From contig CAWFSF010000006.1 in assembly GCA_963818475.1 (NCBI GenBank), positions 672,001-736,000 on the forward strand: a stretch of DNA of 64,000 nucleotides, read 5' to 3'. Shown here one piece after another: positions 23,444 through 35,032 of the stretch (position 1 is its first letter; each line of letters opens with the position of its first letter). Position numbers and translations under genes: made by a program. The notes beneath the pieces were generated by a model. That model ran no database searches. It saw only the letters and a program-made list of their open reading frames with translations, and was not told the DNA's origin. The stretch is from Nitrospirota bacterium (GTDB taxonomy: Bacteria; Nitrospirota; UBA9217).

Positions 23444-25442
23444 TTATCTCAACACTGCCTCAGCTGCCTCGGCCACCGTATCGACCAGTTTGATCGTGAT
23501 GCCGCGCCTGATCTCTTCCGAAAGCTCCTCCACGTCGACCCGGTTCTTTGCCGGCATGATGATGGTGGCCACCTTCGCGCGCTTCGCCGCAAGCACTTTT
23601 TCCCTGATGCCGCCCACCGGCAGGATCCTGCCGGTCAGCGTGATCTCGCCGGTCATGGCCACATCGCGCCGGGCAGGCCGTTTGGTCAGGAGCGACAGGA
23701 GCGCCACGGCGATCGTGATGCCTGCCGACGGGCCGTCCTTCTGGATGGCGCCGCCCGGCACATGGATATGGATGTCCTGGCGTTCGAAGAAGTTCTCGTC
23801 GATCCCGAAGGCGGCGGCGCTGCTCCTGATGTAGCTCAGCGCGGCCTGCACGGATTCGCGCATCACCTCGCCGAGCGAACCGGTGATGATCAGCTCCTTG
23901 TCGCCCTTCATCCGGGCCGCCTCGACGAAGATGATGTCGCCGCCGGCCCCGGTCCAGACCAGGCCGGTGGTCACGCCGATCCGGTCCTGCTCCTCGATCA
24001 CCTCGAATTGGATACTTCCGTTTGCCCAGAAAGTGCTCGACCTGATCGGTCGTGACGCGGACCGCGCCGTCAGCCTCGCCCTGGAGCGACTCCTTGGCGA
24101 TCTTGCGGCAGATCGTGGCGATCTTCCGCTCCAGGCTCCTGATGCCGGCCTCGCGCGTGTATTCCTGGATGATCTTCTGCACCGCATCGGCGGCGAAGCC
24201 GACCCGGTTCGTTGACAGGCCTTTTTCCCTGATCTGCTTCGGCACCAGGAACCGCGCCGCGATCTGCGCCTTCTCCTCCTGCGTATAGCCCGGGAACTCG
24301 ATCACCTCCATGCGGTCCCGGAGGGGAGCGTGGATGGTGTCGAGCAGGTTGGCGGTCACGATGAACATGACGCTCGAAAGGTCGAAGGGCACGTCAAGGT
24401 AGTGGTCGACGAAGGCCTGGTTCTGCTCCGGGTCGAGCACCTCCAGGAGCGCCGAGGCCGGGTCGCCCTTGAAGTCGTGGCCGATCTTGTCCAGTTCGTC
24501 CAGCATGATCACGGGGTTCGCCGTCTCCAGCCGGCGGATCTCCTCGATGATGCGGCCCGGCTTGGCGCCCACATAGGTCCGGCGGTGCCCGCGGATGTCG
24601 GCCTCGTCCTTCATGCCCGCCCAGTGCGATGCGCGTGAATTTCCTTCCCAGCGCCTGCGCCACGGCCCTGCCGACGGAGGTCTTGCCGGTGCCGGGAGGG
24701 CCGGAGAAGCAGAGGACCGAGCCCTTGGTGCTCTTGACCACGGCCTTTTTCTCAAGCGCCTTGCGTACGGCGCTCGCGCACCTCGTCGAGCTTGAAGGGC
24801 TTGGCAATGTAATCGAAGGCGCCTTTCTTGACCGCCTCAATGGCCGAAGAGATCGAGGCAAAGCCGGTCACCACGATCACTTTGATGTCCGGGTAGCGGC
24901 CGCCGATCTTCTCGAGCAGTTCCATGCCGTCCAGGGACGCCATCTTCAGATCGGTAAGGACCACATCGAACTCGTGGGCTTCGAGCTTTCGGAGCGCGTC
25001 AGCGCCGTCCAGCAGCCGTGACCACTTCATACTGTTCCCTGGTCAGAACGTGTTCGAGGTTCTTGCGCGCGATCTCTTCATCGTCGACCACCAGGATGAG
25101 CGGTTTCCGGTTCAGCCGCATGACCTTTACGGCCAGGTGCTCCATGATGCGTTCTTTGACCTTGTTCAGGCCGTAGTGGTTCTCGTTCAGGAGCCGCTCG
25201 GCGCGCGCCAGGTCGAGGTTGTCTTCGGTCTTTTTGTTCCAGGGCAGGGTGACCAGGTAATCGATGTAGGTGAGGCCGATGGAATATTCGGCAGAGGCAG
25301 GGCTGATCTTGGTGAGCATCTCCAGTTCCTGCTCAGCGATCTTCTCGACGCCTGCAGGCATTTTTGCGTCAACGACCTTGCGCCGCAGATCGGCAACATT
25401 TGACTGCTGTTCACTGTCCTCGGATTTTTTGAAAAAACTCAT
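23444..25442 (-). CDS. lon: Lon-family ATP-dependent protease lacking the N-domain, with an inserted receiver domain (frameshifted)
   Basis: LPW..HYGL.KVKERI; REC insert; GPPGTGKTS; [11 protein letters not shown]; KDGPSAG (Ser); IREKVLAA (Lys). Confidence 0.88.
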
Positions 25443-25645
25443 GGTCCACCGCCGTCTTATTGGAGTGTTACAAAATACAACGTTTTCAGTTCCGATGCAA
25501 CACTTAAATTAATCCTTACAATACAACGGTTAACAATATCAGAATGAATATCCTATTGCAAAGTAAAACATTTCGGTCAGGAGGCCAAATAGGAATGGCC
25601 GATAACTTATCTCTGTTATCAACATGTTATGAGTTTATCTCTCTT

Positions 25646-25661
25646 TGGCACGGGAAATGTA
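25646..25661 (+). promoter_or_regulatory. Putative sigma54 (-24/-12) promoter
   Basis: TGGCACGGGAAATGTA (GG-N10-GT variant) upstream of the small-protein/TauE/USP operon. Confidence 0.55.
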
Positions 25662-25697
25662 ATAAGAGAAGTATCTTACCACACAGGAGGCAACAAA

Positions 25698-25874
25698 ATG
25701 AAAAGCTTACTTAAGAAGTTCGAAACAACCATGGTGGCAGCAGCCTTTGCCGAGGAAGGCGAATTCGAGACTGCACGGCAGATCATGAAGGAAGAGACCG
25801 TACGGAAGACCGACCGGCCTGCAACGCGCGACCAGAAGCGTCCGACCGCACGCAAGGAGCTCCGCGCCAACTAA
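25698..25874 (+). CDS. 58-aa small protein with AAAFAEEG motif
   Basis: AGGAGG RBS; MKSLLKKFETTMVAAAFAEEGEFETARQIM. Confidence 0.75.
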   Translation: MKSLLKKFETTMVAAAFAEEGEFETARQIMKEETVRKTDRPATRDQKRPTARKELRAN

Positions 25875-25901
25875 CGCATCGATGTTCACTGAGGTCCGAT
25901 C

Positions 25902-26413
25902 ATGGGGATGGACAGATTGAAGAAGATGATGAAGCAGATAGAGGACGTGATGGCGGCAGCGACCTTTGCGGAAGAAGGGGTGCCGGATGCTGCCCGCTCC
26001 CTGCTCGGTGAAGGGCGGCGGGTGCTGCTCGGCCTGAAAGAGGGCCGGATCGATGCCAGGACGCTCAAGTACGCCTTGAACACGTCAAAAAGGATCAATG
26101 CCCAGCTCGACATCCTGTTCGTCACGTCCGGGGCAGGGCCGTCAGACAGTGCTGTCGTTCCTGATGCGGACCTCGTGCGCTTCCAGGAAACATTGAGGAA
26201 GGAAGGAGTTCCTTATCGCCTCATCCGCGAAGCGGCTGTCTCAAACAGCAGATCATCGAGCATACCCAGAAGGACAAGGAGATCGCCTTCGCGATCATCG
26301 AGTCCCCGAACAGCCTGGAGAGGGACTGCAACAAAAAGGATAAAACGCTTTCGGAACTGTGGCAGAAACTGAAATGCCCGCTCGTCGTGGTCATGGACGA
26401 AGCGAGGGTGTAG
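25902..26413 (+). CDS. AATFAEEG-motif protein with USP-like C-terminal region (one frameshift)
   Basis: MMKQIEDVMAAATFAEEGVPDAAR; LKYALN..KRI.A.LDIL; ends LKCPLVVVM. Confidence 0.65.
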
Positions 26414-26507
26414 CACGGAATTCGGATTGCGGAATGCGGAATGAATGACAAAAGATCGAAGATAGAAACATAACACATCGTTAGTCATCATATAAGGAGG
26501 AATTACA

Positions 26508-26760
26508 ATGGCACACAGCACTACCAAGAAGAAGCCGGTGGCTGCAATGATCGTTATGGGTATCATCTCCATAGCGCTCTATGCGACACTCCTGCTGAAG
26601 CAGGACCTGATCAACGAGCACCTTCGCAAAGGGCGGCATGTACGCGTTGCTGCCGATCATCACGGCATTCGTATTTTCGTACTTTCACGGCGGGTTCACC
26701 GGTCATTTCTGGACCGTTCTGGGCGTCGAAGCAGCACGCAAGAAAAAGGAGGTAAAGTAA
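26508..26760 (+). CDS. Small two-TM membrane protein (one frameshift)
   Basis: AAGGAGG RBS; hydrophobic segments; C-terminal FSYFHGGFTGHFWTVLG. Confidence 0.65.
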
Positions 26761-26761
26761 C

Positions 26762-27845
26762 ATGCACGACATAGCGACGAGTTTCATCAATCTTGATGCG
26801 ATCACCATCCTTTATCTCTTCGGCGTCGGATTCGTAGGCGGTCTGGTCAGCGGCTTCATCGGCTCCGGCGGCGCGTTCGTGCTCACGCCCGGCATGATGA
26901 GCCTCGGCGTCCCCGGTCTCATGGCCGTGGCGAGCAACATGTGCCACAAGTTCCCCAAGGCGCTCGTGGGCGCCATGAAGCGGTTCAAGTACGGCCAGGT
27001 CGACGTGAAGCTCGGCGTCGTCCTCGGCGTATCGGCTGAAGCAGGCGTCCTGTACGGCGCAGGCATCCAGGAGAAGATCAAGGCGGCCTACGGCGACGCA
27101 GGCTCCAACCTCTATGTGAGCGTGGCCTTTGTCGTGATCCTGGCGACCGTCGGCGGCTTTGTTCTCTATGATGCCTGGAAGACCTATAAATCAGGCAATG
27201 CCAACGACGGAAGAGAAGGCCGGCAAGCTCGCAAAATGGGTGCAGTCCATCAACATCCCCGGCACCATGGTCTATTTCAAGAGCATCAATGCCCGCGTTT
27301 CGGTCCTGTTCACCATCCCGCTCGGCTTTGCAACAGGCATGCTGGCCGCGACGATCGCGGTCGGCGGTTTCGTCGGCGTTCCTGCGATGATCTATGTCCT
27401 CGGCGCACCGAGCCTCATGGCCTCGGCCACGGAGCTCGTGATCGCTTTCGTCATGGGTCTCGGCGGTTCGTTCAAGTATGCCATGCACGGCATGGTCGAC
27501 ATCCGGCTCGCCATGATCATCCTGGCCGGTTCGCTCTTCGGCATCCAGCTCGGCGCCATCGGCACCACCTATGTGAAGCCCTTCATGATCAAGGTCGTCA
27601 TGGGCGTGATCATGGTGATCGTGCTCTTCAGCCGCGGACTCATGGTTCCGGTGTATCTGTCCCAGCTCGGCCTCATCGACACGCTCGGCGACGCCACCGT
27701 AAAGTTGCTTAAAAACACCAGCTTTGCTATAATGATCTTCGCATTGCTGCTCGGCGCCTTCATCGTCCTTCGGGCCATGTGGCAGGGGAAACAGGCCGAG
27801 AAACTGCTGCACGCGTCAGGAGCACTGGAGCATGGGGAAGTATAG
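26762..27845 (+). CDS. TauE/SafE family membrane transporter (one frameshift)
   Basis: GFVGGLVSGFIGSGGAFVLTPGM; AVGGFVGVPAMIY; GIQLGAIGT. Confidence 0.85.
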
Positions 27846-28690
27846 AAAGATCCTGGTAGCAATCGACGGTTCGGAATCCAGCCGGAACGCGCCTTCACCA
27901 GGCGTTCAAGCTGGCGAACGAAGAAAAATGCTGGATCACGGTCACCTCGGTGGTCCCGCCCTACGACGGGCGAGATCGAGATCGTGGGCGTCAAGGACAT
28001 CCGGGCGGCCCTCAGGAAACCCTGCGAGGACGCCATTGCGGAAGTGGAGCACATCGCCAGGACCGAGCGGATGCTCGATCAAAACGGTCTGCGAGGAAGG
28101 CGAGGTCTACGAGCGCATCGTAGATCTGGCCGATGCCGAGAACTGCGATGTCATTATCATGGGGCGGCGCGGGCGTCCATCATGTCGAACGCAGCCTGAT
28201 CGGGAGCGTGACGGCCCGGGTCATCGGCCATACCCAGCGCGATGTGCTGGTCGTGCCGAACAACACGGTTATCGGGTGGAAGACGATCGTTCTCGCGACC
28301 GACGGTTCGAGGTACAGCTCGGTGGCAACTGAAAAGGCGATCTCCTTCGCGCAGTCCTACGGTGGAGAACTGAGGGTCGTTTCCGTTGCTGATGTGCCCG
28401 CGGAATTTTACGCTGAAGCGCCCCAGGCGGTCGACGACCTGGTCAAGAAGGCAAAGGGCTATGTTGCCGGCGTAAAAAAGCAGGCTGAAGCTGCCGGCGT
28501 GAAAGCGGAAACCTTTGTGGGCGAGTCCGAAGCCTTCGAGGCCATAACCAATCTCGCCAAAGAGCAGAAGGCGGACATGATCGTTATCGGCTCTCATGGC
28601 AGGACAGGCCTCCGGAGGCTGCTTATGGGGAGCGTGGCGGAGAAGGTCATCGGTTATGCACCCTGTCCGGTGCTGGTAGTGAAATCGTAA
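27832..28690 (+). CDS. Tandem universal stress protein (frameshifted)
   Basis: YRKILVAIDGS; IVLATDGS; GSHGRTGL.RLLMGSVAEKV...APCPVLVV. Confidence 0.9.
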
Positions 28691-28708
28691 GCATACTCTT
28701 GGTATTTG

Positions 28709-28741
28709 AGGCTGAAGGAGAGAATCCTTCAGCCTTTTTTT
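28709..28741 (+). terminator. Rho-independent terminator
   Basis: aggctgaagga-gagaa-tccttcagcct followed by a T-run. Confidence 0.8.
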
Positions 28742-28786
28742 ATGATTGCACGAGACTTATAACTTGTGATACTGTGGAAACAGTTA

Positions 28787-28917
28787 GCCACAGAAAGCAC
28801 ATAAGTCACATAAGTAAATCAAGAAGTTGAAGCGAATGTCGTTTTCACATGAGCCACTGAGGCAATTTCAAAACGAGTGGGCTAGCTTTGTATGTGCTTT
28901 TTGTGCATTTTGTGGCT
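28787..28917. repeat. Periodic-arm palindrome (cacataag type)
   Basis: gccacagaaagcacataagtcacataag / tttgtatgtgctttttgtgcattttgtggc. Confidence 0.65.
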
Positions 28918-28940
28918 CAACTGCTCTTTTAGGGTAAACC

Positions 28941-30521
28941 ATGTCGCTTAAAAGAAAAATCGTCCTCAGCTTTTTCATCAGCGCCTTCATCATCGCCATC
29001 CTTGCGGCCTTCGAGTATCTCAGTTTCGTGGAGATCAGGAAGGAGATCCGCTACCTCGAGATCACCGACACGATCAGCAGAAAGTCACTCCAGCTGCGGC
29101 GGCATGAAAAGAACTATTTTCTGTACAGCCCGGAGCAGATGGAAGAAGAATCATCAGCGGTCCATACCTATCTCGGCGAGCTCAAAGACCTCCTTATCCA
29201 AGAATCCCGGCATCGACCGGGCGGACAATCTTTCGCTGCACAAAAGCATCATCGAGTATGAACAGCGGTTTACGGCTATTGAGAGCGAAGCCAGGCGTCT
29301 GTCCGGTCTCTTTCAGCAGATAAAGGCAACGTACCAAAAAAGCGAAAAGAAGTATTTCCCGCTGGTGGAGGCGACGTTTCTCGAACGGCCTGTCCGGTCC
29401 GCTGAGTTCCTGGAAACCCTGTTCCTTCTGCCCCGCGGCCATGCCCTGACCAGCGGCCTCCGGTCCCTTGGCGAGAATATTGTCTCGCTCAGAAAGACGG
29501 GTGAGGACATCCTGGTGATCTCCAAGGACCTCGACAAGATCGCCCGCGAGAAGGCCGAGACCGTGATCCGGGTGTCGCAGATCGCCATTCTCGTTTTCTT
29601 TCCCTTGTTCTTTTTCGTCGGCATCGGCATGCTGTTCTTTATCAGCACGAACGTGGTGCGAAGGCTCATGCTGCTGATCAATGTCGTGGAGCGGACCGGA
29701 AAAGGCTCCTATCCCCATCTGACGGTCCCGCGCGAAAAGGGCAGGGCCAGGACGAGGTGGGCGTGCTGATCGACAAGTTCAACGATATGGAAGACCAGCT
29801 TGCCGTGCGTGAGGCGGAGCTGGAGCGTAAGAACCAGGAACTGATGCAGACCAAGAAACTCGCCGCCATCGGCACGCTTGCCGCCGGCGTAGCGCATGAA
29901 CTGAACAATCCCCTGAACAATATTTATCTCTCGACGCAGGTGCTGGCGCGGGAAGTAAAAGATACCTGTCCGCCGGAGATGAAAGAGGTCTTTAGCGACA
30001 TTCTGTCCCAGACCGATCCGGGTCAAGAAGATCGTCGGCGATCTGCTCGAATTCGCACGGGGAAGGGAGCCGCACTTCCAGGATGTCGAACTGGCCGGCC
30101 TGATCCGCGGCCTCTTCAAACGCCTCCGGAACGACGGGCAGAGCGTCGCATGCACGCTCACGTCGGACCAGGCAGGAAGTCATGGTACGGGCCGACCAGG
30201 GACAGATGGAGCAGGTCTTCATCAATCTCTTCACGAACGCCATCGAAGCCATGGCCGGCCGGGGAGAGCTGCACGTGAACCTTTTCTCAACAGGCGATCT
30301 CGTAACGATCCAGGTCGCTGATTCCGGCGCCGGCATGCCCCGGGAATCGCTGGAAAAGATCTTCGAGCCTTTTTTTACCACCAAGGACAAAGGCACCGGC
30401 CTCGGCCTTGCGATCGTTTACAGTCTCATTAAAAAGCACCACGGCGACATTGCTGTTGACAGCGAAGAGGGCAAGGGCACGACGTTCACGATCACGCTGC
30501 CGAAGAAGGGGACCGCGGACC

Positions 30522-30532
<11 letters not shown>
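28941..30532 (+). CDS. Sensor histidine kinase (frameshifted), paralogue of 21755..23271
   Basis: [13 protein letters not shown]; [20 protein letters not shown]; [13 protein letters not shown]. Confidence 0.88.
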
Positions 30533-31853
<1,321 letters not shown>

Positions 31854-32042
31854 ATAGTCCTGCCAGAAACCAACCTTTCGTTCACCATGGCCGCAGCCCT
31901 ACTGCGTGTCAACTCCCCAGAATGAAACATTTTGCAATACCCCGAAAATACCCTGAATGGCAGTCTTTTTTTAATTGAATATATGAAACTTTTCTGATAC
32001 CTTGGTAGCATATTTTTTAATCTTTAGCAAGCGGGGGGAATC

Positions 32043-32936
32043 ATGAGAAAAAGCAATATTAGTTTCAGCTTATATGTTTTTATCGCACTGGTGCTATTTT
32101 TTAACACAACAACGGCCAATGCTGCGGAAGATCAGTACCAGGCTGAAATCTCAGCGCTTTATAATCACCACGAGTCCAGCGACGATTTCAAGATGGACAT
32201 TGCAGGCATTTCCGGGGAGTTTTTTTTCTCGCCGGTGAACACGAAAGAGCATCCCTATGCCGAAGCGGCATTTCTGGAGCGGGTCGGCAGTGTGTTTGTG
32301 GCAAGCTTCCTGTCGGATATAAAAGGAACAGGTCTGACAGCTGACGGGATCACGTATGACATCGGAGTTAATTTAGCGCAGCCCGGTTTTCCACTTGCTG
32401 TCCAACTGGTATACATGACTTCCGATTACGACTATGATCAGCCCAGCGCTTCATTCGAATCAAATCTATATGGAATCAGCCTCGGAAACTATGTTACGGA
32501 CAATTTAATGGCTGGTGTTGAATATTCTAGCAGCAAATCCGAGTGGTCAAATTCGCTCTTTCCCACCATGACGTGGAAGTCGAAAGATTACGGACTATTT
32601 GCGCGATACGCCGGCGAATTGTCAGAGGGGAAGCATGTGAGCCTTGAAGGAAGCCTCGGACAGAGCAAATCGGAAGACGATATAGAGAGCGAGAAAAACG
32701 CAAATATCGGTTTGGCCGCTGACTACTTCTTCAACCGTGCGCTAAGCGCGGGGATCGGCATCGAACGAAGCTCGGGCGATTCTCAAACCGAAGAGGGCAT
32801 GACCTACACGGCGAACGTTCGCTATTTCATTACTTCGCAGTTCTCGCTTCAGGCGGCATACGACCGGTTCCTGAACAGCAATGCAGGCGTTGCAAGCGAC
32901 TGGTCCTATACGCTTGGTGCTGCTGTCCGGTTCTGA
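32043..32936 (+). CDS. Outer-membrane beta-barrel protein (putative porin)
   Basis: Signal peptide; P.AEAAFL.R..SV motif; alternating strands; terminal Phe. Confidence 0.75.
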   Translation: MRKSNISFSLYVFIALVLFFNTTTANAAEDQYQAEISALYNHHESSDDFKMDIAGISGEFFFSPVNTKEHPYAEAAFLERVGSVFVASFLSDIKGTGLTADGITYDIGVNLAQPGFPLAVQLVYMTSDYDYDQPSASFESNLYGISLGNYVTDNLMAGVEYSSSKSEWSNSLFPTMTWKSKDYGLFARYAGELSEGKHVSLEGSLGQSKSEDDIESEKNANIGLAADYFFNRALSAGIGIERSSGDSQTEEGMTYTANVRYFITSQFSLQAAYDRFLNSNAGVASDWSYTLGAAVRF

Positions 32937-33076
32937 TGATTTCTGGTTACTGCAGGTCCGAATCGGAAAAACATATTGTAGCGATTGACTGAAACCTGGG
33001 AGCTGATCAGCTCCCAGGTTTTCTCTTGAAGAAACGAAACACTGCAGGTTTTAGAAAAAGTATTTTCAATTAGGCT

Positions 33077-33231
33077 TTCCAGATTGAGACGACCGAGTGA
33101 AGATGATCGACGAACTGAACAAAGAGTATGCCGCGAAGGTGCTCGGAATGTTCGGTGACAACAAGTCAAAAGCTGCAGAGGTGCTCGGGATCTCGCGCAC
33201 GAGCCTGTGGAGGATATTGAAGGAAGAATAG
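33077..33231 (+). repeat. Displaced copy 1 of the 3' end of the sigma54 regulator gene
   Basis: Matches 31689..31853 from TTCCAGAT to GAAGAATAG, with a ~10-nt deletion. Confidence 0.92.
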
Positions 33232-33356
33232 ATGTGCCTGCCGGTAGCCAAACCTGCCCCTGTGGTCCCACCTTTGTAATAAATCAAGGCTTTACCAAGA
33301 ATTTCAATATACCGATCCTGACCCAAGAAAAGTTCATGTCAATTTACAACTTTATG

Positions 33357-33384
33357 TTGACAATCCAACACAAAGTGGTAGTAT
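33357..33384 (+). promoter_or_regulatory. Putative sigma70 promoter
   Basis: TTGACA-N16-TAGTAT with TGn extension. Confidence 0.5.
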
Positions 33385-33433
33385 GCCGCGCAACATAAAA
33401 AAAGATCACATGAAAACCCGTGGAGAGCAAACG

Positions 33434-34144
33434 ATGAAAACGATGAAAATGATGAAGTTGAATTTACCCCTAGTGTTCCTTTGCGCCTTGGTCTTGGTGC
33501 CCGTGCTGTCCGTTTTGCTTGTCGGATGCGGCGGCGGGGGCGGCGGCGGCGCAGAGGCGCCGCCACCACCACCGTCCATCATCAACGCCAGCTTCGAGGT
33601 GTTGGGCGCGAACCCCGACGGCGGGCAGCCGTACGGGTGGATCCGTGAGGGAATGAACGACTGGAGCCACGACACTCTCGGTGTTCGACGCAAGACGGGC
33701 ACGGGCTTCATGCCCACCGATGGGCAGTACTTCCTGGAGTTTCCCGCGAGCGATGCGGGGACCGGGATTTTTCCCGGGCACTATCCTTTACTGACGGCCT
33801 ATCAGGATGACGTCAATCTCTCGGGCGCTACGAGCCTGGTGTTCGACTACGAGGTCACGGACCGCAGCATCTTCGCCGGGAGCGGTGGGGGGTACGACGG
33901 CGCCGCAACGGTTAGTATCTTCTTTCAGCCCAACGGAGGTGGAAGCGGGACGATCGTGTTGTGGTCTAAGAACTACGGGCCGGGGACCGCCGGGGAGCAG
34001 GTCTTCGACATGAGCGTCCCTCTGTCCAACCTCTCCGTTCCGGGAAGACTGACCATTCAGGTAACCGCTGCTGCCAGCAGGCAGAACAGCCTGGTCTCCC
34101 TCAGCAAGCTCACCTTCCGGATCGATTTCATCGGGGTCCAGTAG
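33434..34144 (+). CDS. Hypothetical lipoprotein with Gly/Pro linker and beta-rich domain
   Basis: LLVGC lipobox, G8 and P6 runs, INASFE start of a likely beta-sandwich. Confidence 0.7.
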   Translation: MKTMKMMKLNLPLVFLCALVLVPVLSVLLVGCGGGGGGGAEAPPPPPSIINASFEVLGANPDGGQPYGWIREGMNDWSHDTLGVRRKTGTGFMPTDGQYFLEFPASDAGTGIFPGHYPLLTAYQDDVNLSGATSLVFDYEVTDRSIFAGSGGGYDGAATVSIFFQPNGGGSGTIVLWSKNYGPGTAGEQVFDMSVPLSNLSVPGRLTIQVTAAASRQNSLVSLSKLTFRIDFIGVQ

Positions 34145-34254
34145 CAGTAGTAATAAAAGAGTGGTGTGAAGCAAACGGGGGGCATCCGAACTTGTGGGAC
34201 GCAGTGACCGCGGGACCTCCCGTTGGTTCTCAGGGTGCTTTTCCCGTTTCGTTT

Positions 34255-34373
34255 CTAATACAAACGCATTTAGATTTGTTACTGATTTGCCCTTTGTCCT
34301 CTCCCCAGCGGGGAGAGGGTAGGGCGAGGGGGGGCTTTCCTGGATGTAACAATATTTAATTCGTTTGCATTAG
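34255..34373 (+). mobile_element. MITE-like element family A, copy 1
   Basis: TIR ctaatacaaacgcatt / aattcgtttgcattag; internal cctctccccagcggggagagg hairpin. Confidence 0.75.
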
Positions 34374-34499
34374 TACGCACAATGCACGGTGAGCTCGCTC
34401 ATTTTTGATTCCTTTTCCCGCTCCTCCAGCTCCCGCTTCACCGTTTAAAAGGCGTTCAGATCCGAGTGCGGCAGGGGACTATATGGGGTCACCCATTGA

Positions 34500-34664
34500 T
34501 TCCAGATCGAGACGGTAGAACCGGACCGCGTGAAAACGAACGAAGAGCTGAACAAGGAGTATGCCGCCAAGGTGCTCGAAATGTTCGGTGACAATAAGTC
34601 AAAAGCCGCAGAGGTGCTCGGGGTCTCGCGCACCAGTCTGTGGAGGATATTGAAGGAAGAATAG
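34500..34664 (+). repeat. Displaced copy 2 of the 3' end of the sigma54 regulator gene
   Basis: Matches 31689..31853 from TTCCAGAT to GAAGAATAG. Confidence 0.92.
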
Positions 34665-35032
34665 ACTTCCTGCAAGAATACAAACCTTCCCCTGTTTCCC
34701 CACCTTCTGATCGCGCAATGAGAAGGCAACCGCCTTCTGTTTTAAAAAAGCCCATTAAAATGCTTCAGAATGTCATTTTGGATAGGCTGCGCAGCTTCCT
34801 CCTGAAATTAGCTATTCCGTTTCTGCATGTTAGTCGTGCTAATATAACTTGGCATCATTTTGTATATTAGTCTTTTTGAACAAACATAGCGATTTCAGGA
34901 AGTTACGTCAAGTTTTTCCATATACTCATTGACCGGATTGCCCGTTCTATGCTACTGTATCCCGAAGAACTAATAACTTGTTAACCATGACTAAATATCT
35001 CCGATAATTTGAAGACGAGAAGGGATTATAAG

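Noticed and set aside
34849-34865. Sigma54 promoter TTGGCATCATTTTGTA
   Set aside because: GG-N9-GT has the wrong spacing and a non-consensus -12 element.
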